Assembly: GCA_964643395.1 (NCBI GenBank)
Contig: CAZXQL010000001.1
Location: 1-51,358, forward strand
DNA: 51,358 bases
Direction: 5' to 3'
Origin: an uncultured Thermotogae bacterium
Lineage (GTDB): Bacteria; Bipolaricaulota; Bipolaricaulia; UBA7950; UBA9294
Shown here: piece by piece, positions 8,995 through 17,954 of the stretch
Position numbering within the stretch: position 1 is the first letter of the stretch
Layout: each line of letters opens with the position of its first letter
Position numbers and translations under genes: made by a program
The notes under the pieces: generated by a model
Database searches by the model: none
Seen by the model: only the letters and a program-made list of their open reading frames with translations
What the model was told of the DNA's origin: nothing

Positions 8995-9447
8995 CTACTC
9001 GACCGCAATCTCGATCGGCTTCTCCTTTTCCTTGATCGACTCCTTCATCGGAGCCGTCACGGTCAGGATGCCGTCTTCAAACTTGGCCTTGATGTCGTCC
9101 TTGCGGATCAAGTCCGCCGGAAGCGGGAAGCATCGCTGGAATCGTCCGTAGCGCCGACCGACTCGGAAGTAGTCCTCCCGATCGATCTCCTCGCTTCGCT
9201 TCACTTCCCCGGTGATCACGAGCTGGTCATCCTCGACCTTGATCGCGATCTCGTCCTTCTTCACACCGGGAAGCTCCGTCTCGAACACCAACGACTGGTC
9301 CTTCTCGTATACGTCGGTCCGTCCCAGGCTGGGCGAGACATCAAATCCGATACGGTGAAAGTCCGAGAACACGTCGTCCATCAATCGCGACAGGTTGCTC
9401 TCGAGCAAGAAGGGTCCTCGTCGTACAGCTGGCAGTCTCCTCATCAT
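8995..9447 (-). CDS. Small heat-shock protein (Hsp20/alpha-crystallin)
   Basis: ELPGVKKDEIAIKVEDDQLVITGE...GRFQRCFPLP...AKFEDGILTVT. AAGGAGG lies 9 nt before the ATG at 9447; the ORF-track start at 9465 lacks an SD. Confidence 0.92.
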   Translation of the reverse strand: MMRRLPAVRRGPFLLESNLSRLMDDVFSDFHRIGFDVSPSLGRTDVYEKDQSLVFETELPGVKKDEIAIKVEDDQLVITGEVKRSEEIDREDYFRVGRRYGRFQRCFPLPADLIRKDDIKAKFEDGILTVTAPMKESIKEKEKPIEIAVE

Positions 9448-9475
9448 TTTAGGTTCCTCCTTCATGGATGATGTC

Positions 9476-9529
9476 TTGGCAGTCTTGCTACTTGACTGCT
9501 AATTGGCAGTCTATCATATCGACTGCCAA
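9476..9529. promoter_or_regulatory. Two abutting CIRCE-like inverted repeats (TTGGCAGTC-N9-GACTGCYAA)
   Basis: IR1 spans 9476-9502 with one arm mismatch. IR2 spans 9503-9529 and is perfect. Each 9-nt arm matches the CIRCE half-site TTAGCACTC at 7/9 positions (8/9 for the right arm of IR1). Confidence 0.6.
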
Positions 9530-9536
9530 TTGTCAA
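9508..9536 (-). promoter_or_regulatory. Candidate hsp20 promoter
   Basis: On the minus strand: TTGACA (9536..9531), 17 nt, TAGACT (9513..9508). IR2 fills the spacer and IR1 lies at about +1 to +26. Confidence 0.5.
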
Positions 9537-9558
9537 GTCAGCGATTCGGTGGTAGAAT
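9530..9558 (+). promoter_or_regulatory. Candidate yidD promoter (extended -10), predicting a leaderless or near-leaderless mRNA
   Basis: TTGTCA, 17 nt, (TGg)TAGAAT. The -10 box ends 6 nt before the ATG at 9565, and no SD is present. Confidence 0.5.
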
Positions 9559-9564
9559 GGATGC

Positions 9565-9777
9565 ATGCTTCGCAAGGTTCTGGTCTTTCCGATCCGTGTC
9601 TACCAGCGGGTTCTCTCTCCGCTTCTCCCGCATCGATGCCGGTTCTATCCCACGTGTTCGCAGTACGCGCTCGAGGCGATCGAGAAACACGGTCCGGCTC
9701 GCGGCTTGTGGCTCGCCCTGAAGCGGTTCGTGAAGTGCCAGCCGCTACATCCGGGCGGCTACGACCCCGTACCGTAA
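9565..9777 (+). CDS. yidD: Membrane protein insertion efficiency factor YidD
   Basis: 70 aa: [31 protein letters not shown]...[14 protein letters not shown]-type motif. Confidence 0.92.
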   Translation: MLRKVLVFPIRVYQRVLSPLLPHRCRFYPTCSQYALEAIEKHGPARGLWLALKRFVKCQPLHPGGYDPVP

Positions 9778-9879
9778 GCGCCTTGCCCGTACGCGGTGTC
9801 CCATGCTAGATTGACACTCATCGGGTTCGCCTCGTCGGATCCGTGATCCATCATCCTAAGTAACCCACGTGGGGGTCGT

Positions 9880-10056
9880 ATGATCGAACTCCTGAAGAGC
9901 ATCCGCTGGTTCTCCGGACTCGACGATGACGCACTGCAGGCTGTCTCCGCCGTGATCGAGCGAGCACACTACGCGCTCGGAGAGGTCATCTGCCAGGAAG
10001 GCGAAACGGGAGACCGCATGTTCGTCATCGAGCACGGCGATGTCGCCGTTCTCTAG
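9880..10056 (+). CDS. N-terminal fragment of a cNMP-binding domain, ending at an in-frame TAG (same frame as 10084..11343)
   Basis: ATG at 9880 with GGGGG 4 nt upstream. Translation: MIELLKSIRWFSGLDDDALQAVSAVIERAHYALGEVICQEGETGDRMFVIEHGDVAVL*. The domain continues directly after the TAG. Confidence 0.6.
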   Translation: MIELLKSIRWFSGLDDDALQAVSAVIERAHYALGEVICQEGETGDRMFVIEHGDVAVL

Positions 10057-10083
10057 GACGTCGAGGGCGGGCCGACCATCGAG

Positions 10084-11343
10084 GTGACGGTCCTGCATCG
10101 CGGCGACATCGCGGGCGTGATGGGTCTGTTCGGGGACCGAAAGCGGACGGCGACGCTGCAGGCACGGTGCGCGTGCGAGGTTCTAACGCTGGGGTATGAC
10201 GACTTCGATCGGTTGCTCGATCGAGAACCCACGATCGCCAAGTCCCTGCTCACCTACATGTCCGGGCACTTGGTGCGTGAAACATCGACCGTGGCCAAGC
10301 TCCGCGCCCGCGAAGCGGAGACGGGACTTCGCGTGGCCTTCTTCTCCGCCAGCCCGTACCGCAATCGGCTCTACAGCCAGAAGAACGCTCACGGCTTCTC
10401 GCTTCACTTCTTCCCCGTTCCGCTCAGCCTTGAGACGGCCCCGTTGGCCACGGGCTTCTCCGTCGTCGTGGCCAGCGCAAACGACTGCTTCGACACGGAC
10501 GTGATCCAATCCCTGCATGAGTTGGGTGTCGGGATGATCGCGTTGCGCTGCGCCGGCTACAACAACGTCGATCTGGAGGCGTGCGAACGGCTCGGCATCA
10601 GCGTCGCCCGCGTCCCCGCGTACTCGCCGTATGCCGTGGCCGAACATGCGGTGGCGTTGATGATGGCTCTGAATCGAAGAACGCATCGCGCGCACACCCG
10701 AATTCGCGACAGCAACTTCTCGCTCGACGGGCTCGTCGGATTCGACATGCATGGGAAGACGGCCGGCGTGATCGGCACCGGCAAGATTGGGGCGTGCACG
10801 CTGGCCATCTTGCATGGATTCGGGTGCCGGCTGCTGGCCGATAGTCGCACGCCGAAGCCGGATCTCATCCACCGGTTGGGCGTTCGATACGTCGAACGGG
10901 ATGAGCTGCTCGCGGAGTCCGACATCATCAGTCTCCACTGTGCGCTCACGCCGGACACCTACCACCTCATCGACGAGGCTGCGATCTCCAGGATGAAACC
11001 AGGGGTCATGATCATCAACACCGCGCGCGGCGGGTTGATCGACACCGAGGCGCTGCTTGAGGGGTTGAAGACGGGGAAGGTCGGCTACGCCGGCCTCGAC
11101 GTCTACGAGGAAGAGGCGAAGTACTTCTACCGGGACTTCTCGGACAGCTATATCGACGACGACACGCTGGCGCGCCTGACCACGTTCGGAAACGTGATGG
11201 TCACCGGGCATCAGGGCTCGCTGACCCAGGACGCGCAAACGAGCATCGTCGAGACGACGCTCGCCAACATCCACGAGTACGAGCAGGGCAAGCGGGGGAA
11301 GTCCCTCACCAACGCCGTGCTCGCTGAATCCTCCCCGTCATGA
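10084..11343 (+). CDS. ldhA: D-lactate / D-2-hydroxyacid dehydrogenase (LdhA-like) preceded by the C-terminal half of a cNMP-binding domain
   Basis: The frame is open from 10057. GDIAGVMGLFGDRKRTATLQA is the cNMP phosphate-binding cassette. From about 10330: VAFFSASPY...IALRCAGYNNVDL...VPAYSPYAVAEHAV...GVIGTGKIG...NTARGGLID. Confidence 0.88.
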   Translation: MTVLHRGDIAGVMGLFGDRKRTATLQARCACEVLTLGYDDFDRLLDREPTIAKSLLTYMSGHLVRETSTVAKLRAREAETGLRVAFFSASPYRNRLYSQKNAHGFSLHFFPVPLSLETAPLATGFSVVVASANDCFDTDVIQSLHELGVGMIALRCAGYNNVDLEACERLGISVARVPAYSPYAVAEHAVALMMALNRRTHRAHTRIRDSNFSLDGLVGFDMHGKTAGVIGTGKIGACTLAILHGFGCRLLADSRTPKPDLIHRLGVRYVERDELLAESDIISLHCALTPDTYHLIDEAAISRMKPGVMIINTARGGLIDTEALLEGLKTGKVGYAGLDVYEEEAKYFYRDFSDSYIDDDTLARLTTFGNVMVTGHQGSLTQDAQTSIVETTLANIHEYEQGKRGKSLTNAVLAESSPS

Positions 11344-11495
11344 GGCGTCCGAACGCCACGAGGATCGGCTCGCTGCCGGTTTCGGCCCCATCCCCCGTGT
11401 AACACGGATTACCGACTTGTCGGACGTCGATGGCTACACTGAAGTGCTGAATTCAACTCAGCTCCGGGTCATTCGTGGGGGCAAAAGGGGATGCC

Positions 11496-13868
11496 ATGAA
11501 CGACAAGAAAGGCTGGGGCCTCCGTTCGGTCGGAATTGCCCTTGTACTCGCAGTTCTAACAGGTTTCTCGTTGATTGCCGCCGCCCAGGCATGCGGCGAT
11601 GCGGGATGCTGGGCGCTCGAGGAACCGATCTACATCTACGGCAACGCCGGGTTCACCTGTGACAACGGCGTCGTATCGGGGTCGGGATCGCAATACGACC
11701 CCTACATCATCGAAGGATGGCGCATCGTCGCGTCCGGTGCGAGTTATGGAATCGACGTCGAGAACACATCCAAGTACTTCGTCATCCGCAACACGATCGT
11801 CGAGGGAGCCTCCGGCGCCGGGATCCACTTCTATGGCGTCGAGAACGGCACGATCGAGGGGTGCCAGCTGCTGCGCAACGAGCGGGGGATCCTGTTCGAG
11901 AACTCCGAGGGACACGGGATCACCGGCAACCTGATCGCCGACAACCACTACGGGATCGACTTGGTCGTCGGCACGCGCAATACGGCGATTTCCAAGAACA
12001 GCTTCGTCCTCAACGGCCGCAACGGCTACGACCCCGCGGGCAGGAACCTGTGGTACTGCGCGGCGGTGGGCAACTACTGGTACGACTACACGGGGCCCGA
12101 TGCCGACTGCGATGGGATCGGCGATGTGGCGTACCGAGCCCCCGTCGACCGGTATCCGCTGATGGCGTCGCCGTGGCCGTGCACGATCTCCGGCAACGAC
12201 AGCTGCGCACCGTACTGCGACGACAGCACGGGGATTCTGCAGACCGTTGGCGCATCCTCCCCTTGTGCGCCAACCTGCACCACAGCAACCGGGTGCGCCC
12301 AGGCATCCCCGTGCCAACCTGAAGTGAAGATGTGCGCCGATCAGGTCCTGACGTGCGCCAATCCGGTCGTCACGTTGACCGCCGAGTTTTGCCCCTCTCA
12401 ACCCGGGTGCCTGCCGTGCACGATTCAGTGGATCAGAGACGGCGGAGCGATGGTGGGCACGGGACCTTCGATTCAGGTCCGCGAGCCCGGCACCTATACC
12501 GCGACGATCAACGGCGCCAACGGTTGTCAGGTGAGCCGATCGGTCACCGTCATCTCCGACGCCAATCCGCCGGCTGTCCAGGCATCGGTCGACGGAGAGC
12601 TCTCGTGTCAGGTCGATGAGGTCGTTCTCCACGCCGACATCTCGGGCGGCTGTCAGCCGTACGCGATCGAGTGGAGACGCTCCGGGACAGGCGTTCTCGG
12701 CTCCGACAGCGAGTGGGCCGTCTCTCAGCCCGGCACCTATACGGTCACCGTCACCGGAGCCAATGGGTGCTCGGACTTCGATACCGTGACCGTGACGCAG
12801 GACCTTCAAGCGCCGAGAGTGAATGCAATCGTCGACGGAGAACTGACGTGCGCCGTTCCACAGGTCAAACTGACCGCCTTGGCATCCAACGGCAAACTTC
12901 CATACGCGTACGCGTGGACCGGACCCAACGGAGCATCACTGGGGACCACCGGAGAGATCTACGTCAGCGCCCCAGGAACGTACACGGTCCGTGTGACAGG
13001 CGCCAACGGTTGCTCGGGACTGGGAACCGTCATCGTCACCGAGGATGCAACGCCTCCGACGGTCGACGTTCGCGGGACGGGAACGCTCACGTGCACCACG
13101 ACGGAGTTGACGCTGACGGCCAACATCTCCCACGGTCGGCCGCCGTATCAGATCGAGTGGGTCGGCCCGTCGGGCAACATCGTCGGCACAGCGCCGGTTC
13201 TCGACGTGTCTGGACCGGGGACCTACACGGTGACCGTCACCGGAGCCAACGGATGCTCCACGTCCAGTTCCGTGACCGTCGCCCAGGATGTCGAACCACC
13301 TTCCGTGGACGCGGGTCCGGACCAGATGCTGTCCAATGACGTCACGCAAGTGACCGTTACCGCTCAGATCGGCGCGCCGGATTCCAACTACACCGTGGCC
13401 TGGACGGACGAGTCGGGGCAGGTCCTCTCGACGGATGCCTCGCTGGTCGTCGATCGACCCGGCGAATACATGGTGACCGTGACGCGAGATACCGGTTGCA
13501 CGGCCAGCGACACGGTTGCCGTCAACTCGTCCGTGATCACGGAAGTCATGCTGAGTTCGGGCATCGACGGGTTGGCTGTGTTCGGGCAATTGCTCAAGGA
13601 CGGCGTTCCGATCCCCGGATCCGTGTTCTACTTCCAGGTCGGATCGACGCAAGAGGCAACGGACGGTGTCGAGATCTCGTCGGTGGCGCTTCGCACATCC
13701 ACGGGAGAGGGATTTGAGGCCAACGGGGCCGAGGTCAACTACATCATCCCAGGCAACGCGGTGGTGACGTTCCAGATCCACAAGGATCAGTTCATCGCCG
13801 GCAAGTGGTACCAGTTGCTGCATCTACCGACGGATCCGCCTGGCGCGGCCGCTGTGAAGTTCTTCTAG
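11496..13868 (+). CDS. Secreted protein: right-handed beta-helix (NosD/PbH1-like), then a Cys-rich linker, five Ig-like SprB-type repeats and a C-terminal domain
   Basis: Signal peptide ...LIAAAQA/CG. GNYWYDYTGPDADCDGIGDVAY is typical of NosD-like beta-helix proteins. The repeats carry GG.QPY.I.W and GTYTVTVTGANGCS. Confidence 0.8.
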   Translation: MNDKKGWGLRSVGIALVLAVLTGFSLIAAAQACGDAGCWALEEPIYIYGNAGFTCDNGVVSGSGSQYDPYIIEGWRIVASGASYGIDVENTSKYFVIRNTIVEGASGAGIHFYGVENGTIEGCQLLRNERGILFENSEGHGITGNLIADNHYGIDLVVGTRNTAISKNSFVLNGRNGYDPAGRNLWYCAAVGNYWYDYTGPDADCDGIGDVAYRAPVDRYPLMASPWPCTISGNDSCAPYCDDSTGILQTVGASSPCAPTCTTATGCAQASPCQPEVKMCADQVLTCANPVVTLTAEFCPSQPGCLPCTIQWIRDGGAMVGTGPSIQVREPGTYTATINGANGCQVSRSVTVISDANPPAVQASVDGELSCQVDEVVLHADISGGCQPYAIEWRRSGTGVLGSDSEWAVSQPGTYTVTVTGANGCSDFDTVTVTQDLQAPRVNAIVDGELTCAVPQVKLTALASNGKLPYAYAWTGPNGASLGTTGEIYVSAPGTYTVRVTGANGCSGLGTVIVTEDATPPTVDVRGTGTLTCTTTELTLTANISHGRPPYQIEWVGPSGNIVGTAPVLDVSGPGTYTVTVTGANGCSTSSSVTVAQDVEPPSVDAGPDQMLSNDVTQVTVTAQIGAPDSNYTVAWTDESGQVLSTDASLVVDRPGEYMVTVTRDTGCTASDTVAVNSSVITEVMLSSGIDGLAVFGQLLKDGVPIPGSVFYFQVGSTQEATDGVEISSVALRTSTGEGFEANGAEVNYIIPGNAVVTFQIHKDQFIAGKWYQLLHLPTDPPGAAAVKFF
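12336..13559 (+). repeat. Five tandem intragenic repeats of about 81-84 aa (243-nt period for units 2-4)
   Basis: Unit starts are 12336, 12588, 12831, 13074 and 13317. Recurrent motifs are VDGEL(S/T)C...PY.(I/Y).W...PGTYTV.VTGANGCS...V.V..D..PP.V. Confidence 0.8.
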
Positions 13869-13890
13869 ATGAGTTCCGTTCGCGGCGGTG

Positions 13891-16800
13891 TCATCCCGAT
13901 GCCGCCGCGAATGCATTCCACGCAGCCTCGATCTCGTGGTGCATCGCCTCAAACGAGCGGCGGAACGACTCATCGGAAAGCCCCGCCGCACGTTCCATGA
14001 CGGAATCATGCGTCTCCTTGAGCAAGACCCCGGCCTCCTGGTTGCATCCCGCTGCGAGGAGTGCGTGATATCGGGTGAACCGGATCTCGTCAGCGATCGA
14101 CGCGTCGTCTCCAAGCCGCTCGATGGCTTGAGCCGATCGCTCGGTCGCCGAGGGAACGTCCCCGGCCTGCAGATCCGCTCGCGCTAATGCAGCAAGGGAC
14201 CGCACGACGATCGTCTCCAGGCCCAGCTCCTCACCCGCGTCGCGAGCCTGCTGCAGATGACGGTTTGCCTGAGCCAGGTCACCCAGGCAGAGGTACACCG
14301 ATCCAAGATTGAAATGGGACAGCACTTCGCCCGCTTGGCTGCCGATATCCTGCTGCATGGAGAGCGCGGTCTGATGGGCCTCGAGAGCCTGACGCAGCTG
14401 TTCGTTCGGTGGATGCACGCGAAGCGTCAGCTCGGGATAGCCGCGCACGCCCATGGCGTGATGGACATTGCCGAGATTGGTGTACCCGTCTGCGCAGCTG
14501 TTTGCGTCTTCCAGTTGACGGTAGGCATCGAGGCTTCGTTCGTGGGCATGCCGCGCGTCCTCGAACGCACCCAGCGCGCTGTACGAGTTGCCGAGATTTG
14601 ACAGGCACCGCGCCGATCCACTTCGGTTTCCCATCTCCTCGAACAGGGGCTGGGCCTGCCGGGTGTACCGAATCGTCGCTTCGTAGTCGCCAAGGTAGTA
14701 GCTGAGGGCGCCGAGGTTCCCGAGGATCTCGGCTTCGCCCTTGCGATCGTTCAGTGCACGGTAATCTCGCCCGGCCTGCTCGAAACGCTCCATCGCTTGG
14801 GGAAGCTCTCCCAGCCTCGCATGGATGATGCCGAGCGACTTCCGATTGGCGGCTTGCCCATCCAAAGCATCGATCTCACCGAAGATGCCCAGGGATCGCT
14901 CGACGTATTCGCGTGCCTTGGCGTAGTCGCCTTGTTCTTCATACGTCCTACCCAGCTGGGTCAGCGCCTGCGCCTCGCCCTCGACGTGCCCCGCATCGCG
15001 CATCGCTCGGAGCGCTTCCTGTCCGCAGTCGAGCGCGTCATCGAACTGACCGCAGCGGTTGTGAAGGTCCGACCAGCGCACCAGGACATCCCCTTGTCGG
15101 TTGCGATCGTCCGCCGAGCCTGCGATCGCGAGCAGGGCATCCAGAGCCGCCCTTTCCTCATCCACTCGCCCGAGGATGGCTAGAACCTCGACGCGATCAC
15201 GAATCGTCTCGAACCGGCGATTCGAGAACGCGTCTTCCCCCATCTCGTCCATCAGCTCCAACGCACGAGCGAAGTACAGATCGGCCTCCGTGTTGGCAAA
15301 GCGTCTCGCTGCTTCCGCAGCCGCAAGGCGGCAGTATCGGCACTCCACGTCCGGTTGGCCGGCTCGGCCCCAATGGAAGACGAGCAGCGGGTAGTGGGGG
15401 GCCAAGTCCTCCGCGTTCGCGGATTCGACCCATCGGGCAACGTGCTGATGCAACGTGCGCCGTTGCTCGAACAAGAGCGTGTCGTACGTCACCTGCTGGG
15501 TGATGATGTGCTGGAAGGCGTAGCTTCGGTCCGGATCGCCCGATTCCAGCACCGTCAGCCGACGGTGCGTCGTGTCGTCGAGATGGCGGTGCAGTTCACC
15601 GGTTTCGACCGGGGATGGATAGACGTCCCGAACCGCGCGCACCAGGAAGCTTCGCCCCAGGACGGACGCGACCTTCATGGTCGTCTGCTCGCCGTCGGGA
15701 AGGCGATCCAATCGGGCGAGGACGATCCCCTCGAGCGTCCCCGGGATGCTTTCGCGCAAGTCGGCGCCGCCGGGAATCGTGCACGTCCCGTCTTCGATCG
15801 CAATCTGCCCGGCGTCCAGAAGCGCGCCGATCAGTTCGCGGGCATAGAACGGGTTCCCTTCCGATCGCTCGGCGAGAACATCGGCGATCGCTGAGGGCAT
15901 GGCATCGGCCGTCAGTCCGAGCTGGGCCGCCGCCAGGTCGAGCGTCGCCCCCGCCGAAAGGGATTGGAGACAGACAACCTCGGCATCGGACAGCCTGGAC
16001 AACGCGGAAAGGTCGCCCGGCTGGACGTCCCCGAACGGACGATGAGTCAGGACGAGAAGGACGGGCTTCTGAGCCAGCGTCCGCGCCACGGACACCGTCA
16101 TGCCCCAAGACGGGGAGTCCATCCAGTGCGCGTCATCCAGTACGAGCAGCATGGGACGAGTCGAGCATCGATGCGTGATGAGTTCGCCGATGAGTGCGGC
16201 CAGGCTTTCCTGCCGCACTTCGGGCGTCAGACCCGCCGTCGTGGATGTCTCAGGCAGACCCAGAGAAAGGACATCGTTCAACAGGGGCGCCCGGTCGGAC
16301 GCGTCCCTATCCTCGAGTGCGGCGAGAACGCGTTCCCGATGCTCGTCTGCGGACAGCTCGGCATCGAGGTCGAACAGCCCGCCGAGGACGTCGCGCCATG
16401 CCCGATAGGGGACCCGTCGCTCGATGCTATCACCGGCGCCGAACAGACACGTGAAACCGCGCTCGCCTGCGATGCACAGCAGCTCGCCGACCAGCCGGCT
16501 CTTCCCGATGCCGGCCTCTCCTTCGATCAGTCGGATGCGCCGCGCCCCGTTCTCGACGGCGTCGAGTGCCGCGGTCAGCTCTTCCAGTTCGGCGTCTCGC
16601 CCGACGAGCGCGGCGGCCGCGCTCGGTCCCGCTGCCGCGAGACGTCCGGAGGGACGGTAGACGGGCTGCCGTTCGCTCATCCCCTTGAGCTGGACGGCCT
16701 CCAGCTCCTCGAATCGCCATTGGTGGCGGGCCCGTTCCACAATGGACGCGCTGCAGCGAATCTCCCCCACAGGAGAGGCGCTCATCAAGCGGGCGGCAAG

Positions 16801-17937
16801 ATTCACCACATCGCCGAGCGCGCCGTACGTGCGGCGAGTGTCTCCGCCGTAGGCTCCGACGCGCGCTCTCCCGTAGCTGACGCCGATCTGGACGTCGCGG
16901 ATGAAGTCCAGCTCGTCAGGCGTCTCGAGCAACGCCACGGCCGCGGCCACGGCACGTTGGCTGTCGTCTTCATGCGCTTCGAGGGCGCCGAACACGGCGT
17001 ACAGATGGCTCCCTTTGTCCGCCGTCGTGAGAAGCAGAACATGTCCACCGTATCCCTCGACAATGGATTGCACCCAGGCTGTGTAGCGGTCGAGTCGCTC
17101 GCCGACCTCATCGTCGTCGTCATAGTCGAGGCCGGCGAATTTCACGAACACCACAGCCACCGGGCGAAGCTCGGACAGGAAGTCCCCGTGACCGGACGAC
17201 ACGCGGTCAGCCACCGGGTCGAGGAGATACGGGCGAAGGTGCTCGACGGTCCGGCCGAGGGGCGCCGCTTCGCCCGGGAGATCGATGACCGGAGGGCCTT
17301 CCCGCAGACCGGCAACGACGCCGATTCGTCCCCTCCAGGTGTCGATCGCCAACCGGTTCCCCAACCGGCGCACGACTTCCGGAGATGCAACGACGTCCCC
17401 CGGGTTCGCTGCGTGCTCGGCATCGGCAAGACGATCGATCGTCTTGCCCGCGAGGACGTCGATCCGTTGGATCGAAGGATCTCCGACAACGAATCGGCGC
17501 ATCGGACCGATGCTGATCGCGGCCTTGACCGATAGCGTCATCCGGCCCCCATGTGGAGCCGGGGTCGCCTGAAATCGCTTCATGACGCGCTGCATCTGGA
17601 ACCCGCTGGCCAGCGCTCGCAGCCCGTCGTCGTCTGGGAAGCATGCGATCAATGCGTCCCCGATGAAGCAGACAATGCTGCCGCCGAACCGGTGGACGCG
17701 AGCCGTCAAGTCGGTGTACACCGTGTTCAGCAGCCGAGTCAGCTCCTCGGCACCCCGCCTTGGGCCCAACGATCGGACCAACGCCTCGGTCAAGGGCGTG
17801 AATCCTGAGATGTCGGCCAGAAGAGCGGATCCATCGAATCGGTCGGCAAGCGATGAGCCGGCCGCAAGGCTGCGGCGCCGGTCCGCAGCAAGGTACGCAG
17901 ACAATCGGGACATCGTGTGCTCGATCTCTTCTGTCAT
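13891..17937 (-). CDS. Multidomain signalling protein: two class III adenylate/guanylate cyclase domains, an AAA_16/STAND-type ATPase and a TPR array
   Basis: ADISGFTPLTE...FIGDALIACF; VVFVKFAGLD...GALGDVVNLAARL; Walker A GEAGIGKS; LLVLDDAHWMD; C-terminal TPR-like repeats. ATG at 17937 lies 17 nt after the upstream stop; the alternative is ATG 17913. Confidence 0.88.
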   Translation of the reverse strand: MTEEIEHTMSRLSAYLAADRRRSLAAGSSLADRFDGSALLADISGFTPLTEALVRSLGPRRGAEELTRLLNTVYTDLTARVHRFGGSIVCFIGDALIACFPDDDGLRALASGFQMQRVMKRFQATPAPHGGRMTLSVKAAISIGPMRRFVVGDPSIQRIDVLAGKTIDRLADAEHAANPGDVVASPEVVRRLGNRLAIDTWRGRIGVVAGLREGPPVIDLPGEAAPLGRTVEHLRPYLLDPVADRVSSGHGDFLSELRPVAVVFVKFAGLDYDDDDEVGERLDRYTAWVQSIVEGYGGHVLLLTTADKGSHLYAVFGALEAHEDDSQRAVAAAVALLETPDELDFIRDVQIGVSYGRARVGAYGGDTRRTYGALGDVVNLAARLMSASPVGEIRCSASIVERARHQWRFEELEAVQLKGMSERQPVYRPSGRLAAAGPSAAAALVGRDAELEELTAALDAVENGARRIRLIEGEAGIGKSRLVGELLCIAGERGFTCLFGAGDSIERRVPYRAWRDVLGGLFDLDAELSADEHRERVLAALEDRDASDRAPLLNDVLSLGLPETSTTAGLTPEVRQESLAALIGELITHRCSTRPMLLVLDDAHWMDSPSWGMTVSVARTLAQKPVLLVLTHRPFGDVQPGDLSALSRLSDAEVVCLQSLSAGATLDLAAAQLGLTADAMPSAIADVLAERSEGNPFYARELIGALLDAGQIAIEDGTCTIPGGADLRESIPGTLEGIVLARLDRLPDGEQTTMKVASVLGRSFLVRAVRDVYPSPVETGELHRHLDDTTHRRLTVLESGDPDRSYAFQHIITQQVTYDTLLFEQRRTLHQHVARWVESANAEDLAPHYPLLVFHWGRAGQPDVECRYCRLAAAEAARRFANTEADLYFARALELMDEMGEDAFSNRRFETIRDRVEVLAILGRVDEERAALDALLAIAGSADDRNRQGDVLVRWSDLHNRCGQFDDALDCGQEALRAMRDAGHVEGEAQALTQLGRTYEEQGDYAKAREYVERSLGIFGEIDALDGQAANRKSLGIIHARLGELPQAMERFEQAGRDYRALNDRKGEAEILGNLGALSYYLGDYEATIRYTRQAQPLFEEMGNRSGSARCLSNLGNSYSALGAFEDARHAHERSLDAYRQLEDANSCADGYTNLGNVHHAMGVRGYPELTLRVHPPNEQLRQALEAHQTALSMQQDIGSQAGEVLSHFNLGSVYLCLGDLAQANRHLQQARDAGEELGLETIVVRSLAALARADLQAGDVPSATERSAQAIERLGDDASIADEIRFTRYHALLAAGCNQEAGVLLKETHDSVMERAAGLSDESFRRSFEAMHHEIEAAWNAFAAASG

Positions 17938-17954
17938 CGGGATTCTCGCTTCTT

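Noticed and set aside
9864-9873. Perfect 10-bp palindrome CCCACGTGGG overlapping the SD of the cNMP-LdhA gene.
   Set aside because: It is short, occurs once, and has no loop to form a hairpin. It could be a regulator site, but it may equally be chance in GC-rich DNA.
10183-11274. 363-aa ORF antisense to the LdhA gene, together with similar long antisense or alternate-frame ORFs: 1519..2778, 3411..4451, 11556..12809, 15964..17535, 17207..18160, 21035..21880, 34484..35860, 37459..38574, 39152..40681 and 47637..48443.
   Set aside because: These are typical high-GC shadow ORFs. Their translations are Arg/Gly/Pro/Asp-rich with no recognisable motifs, and each fully overlaps a gene with clear family signatures on the other strand or frame.
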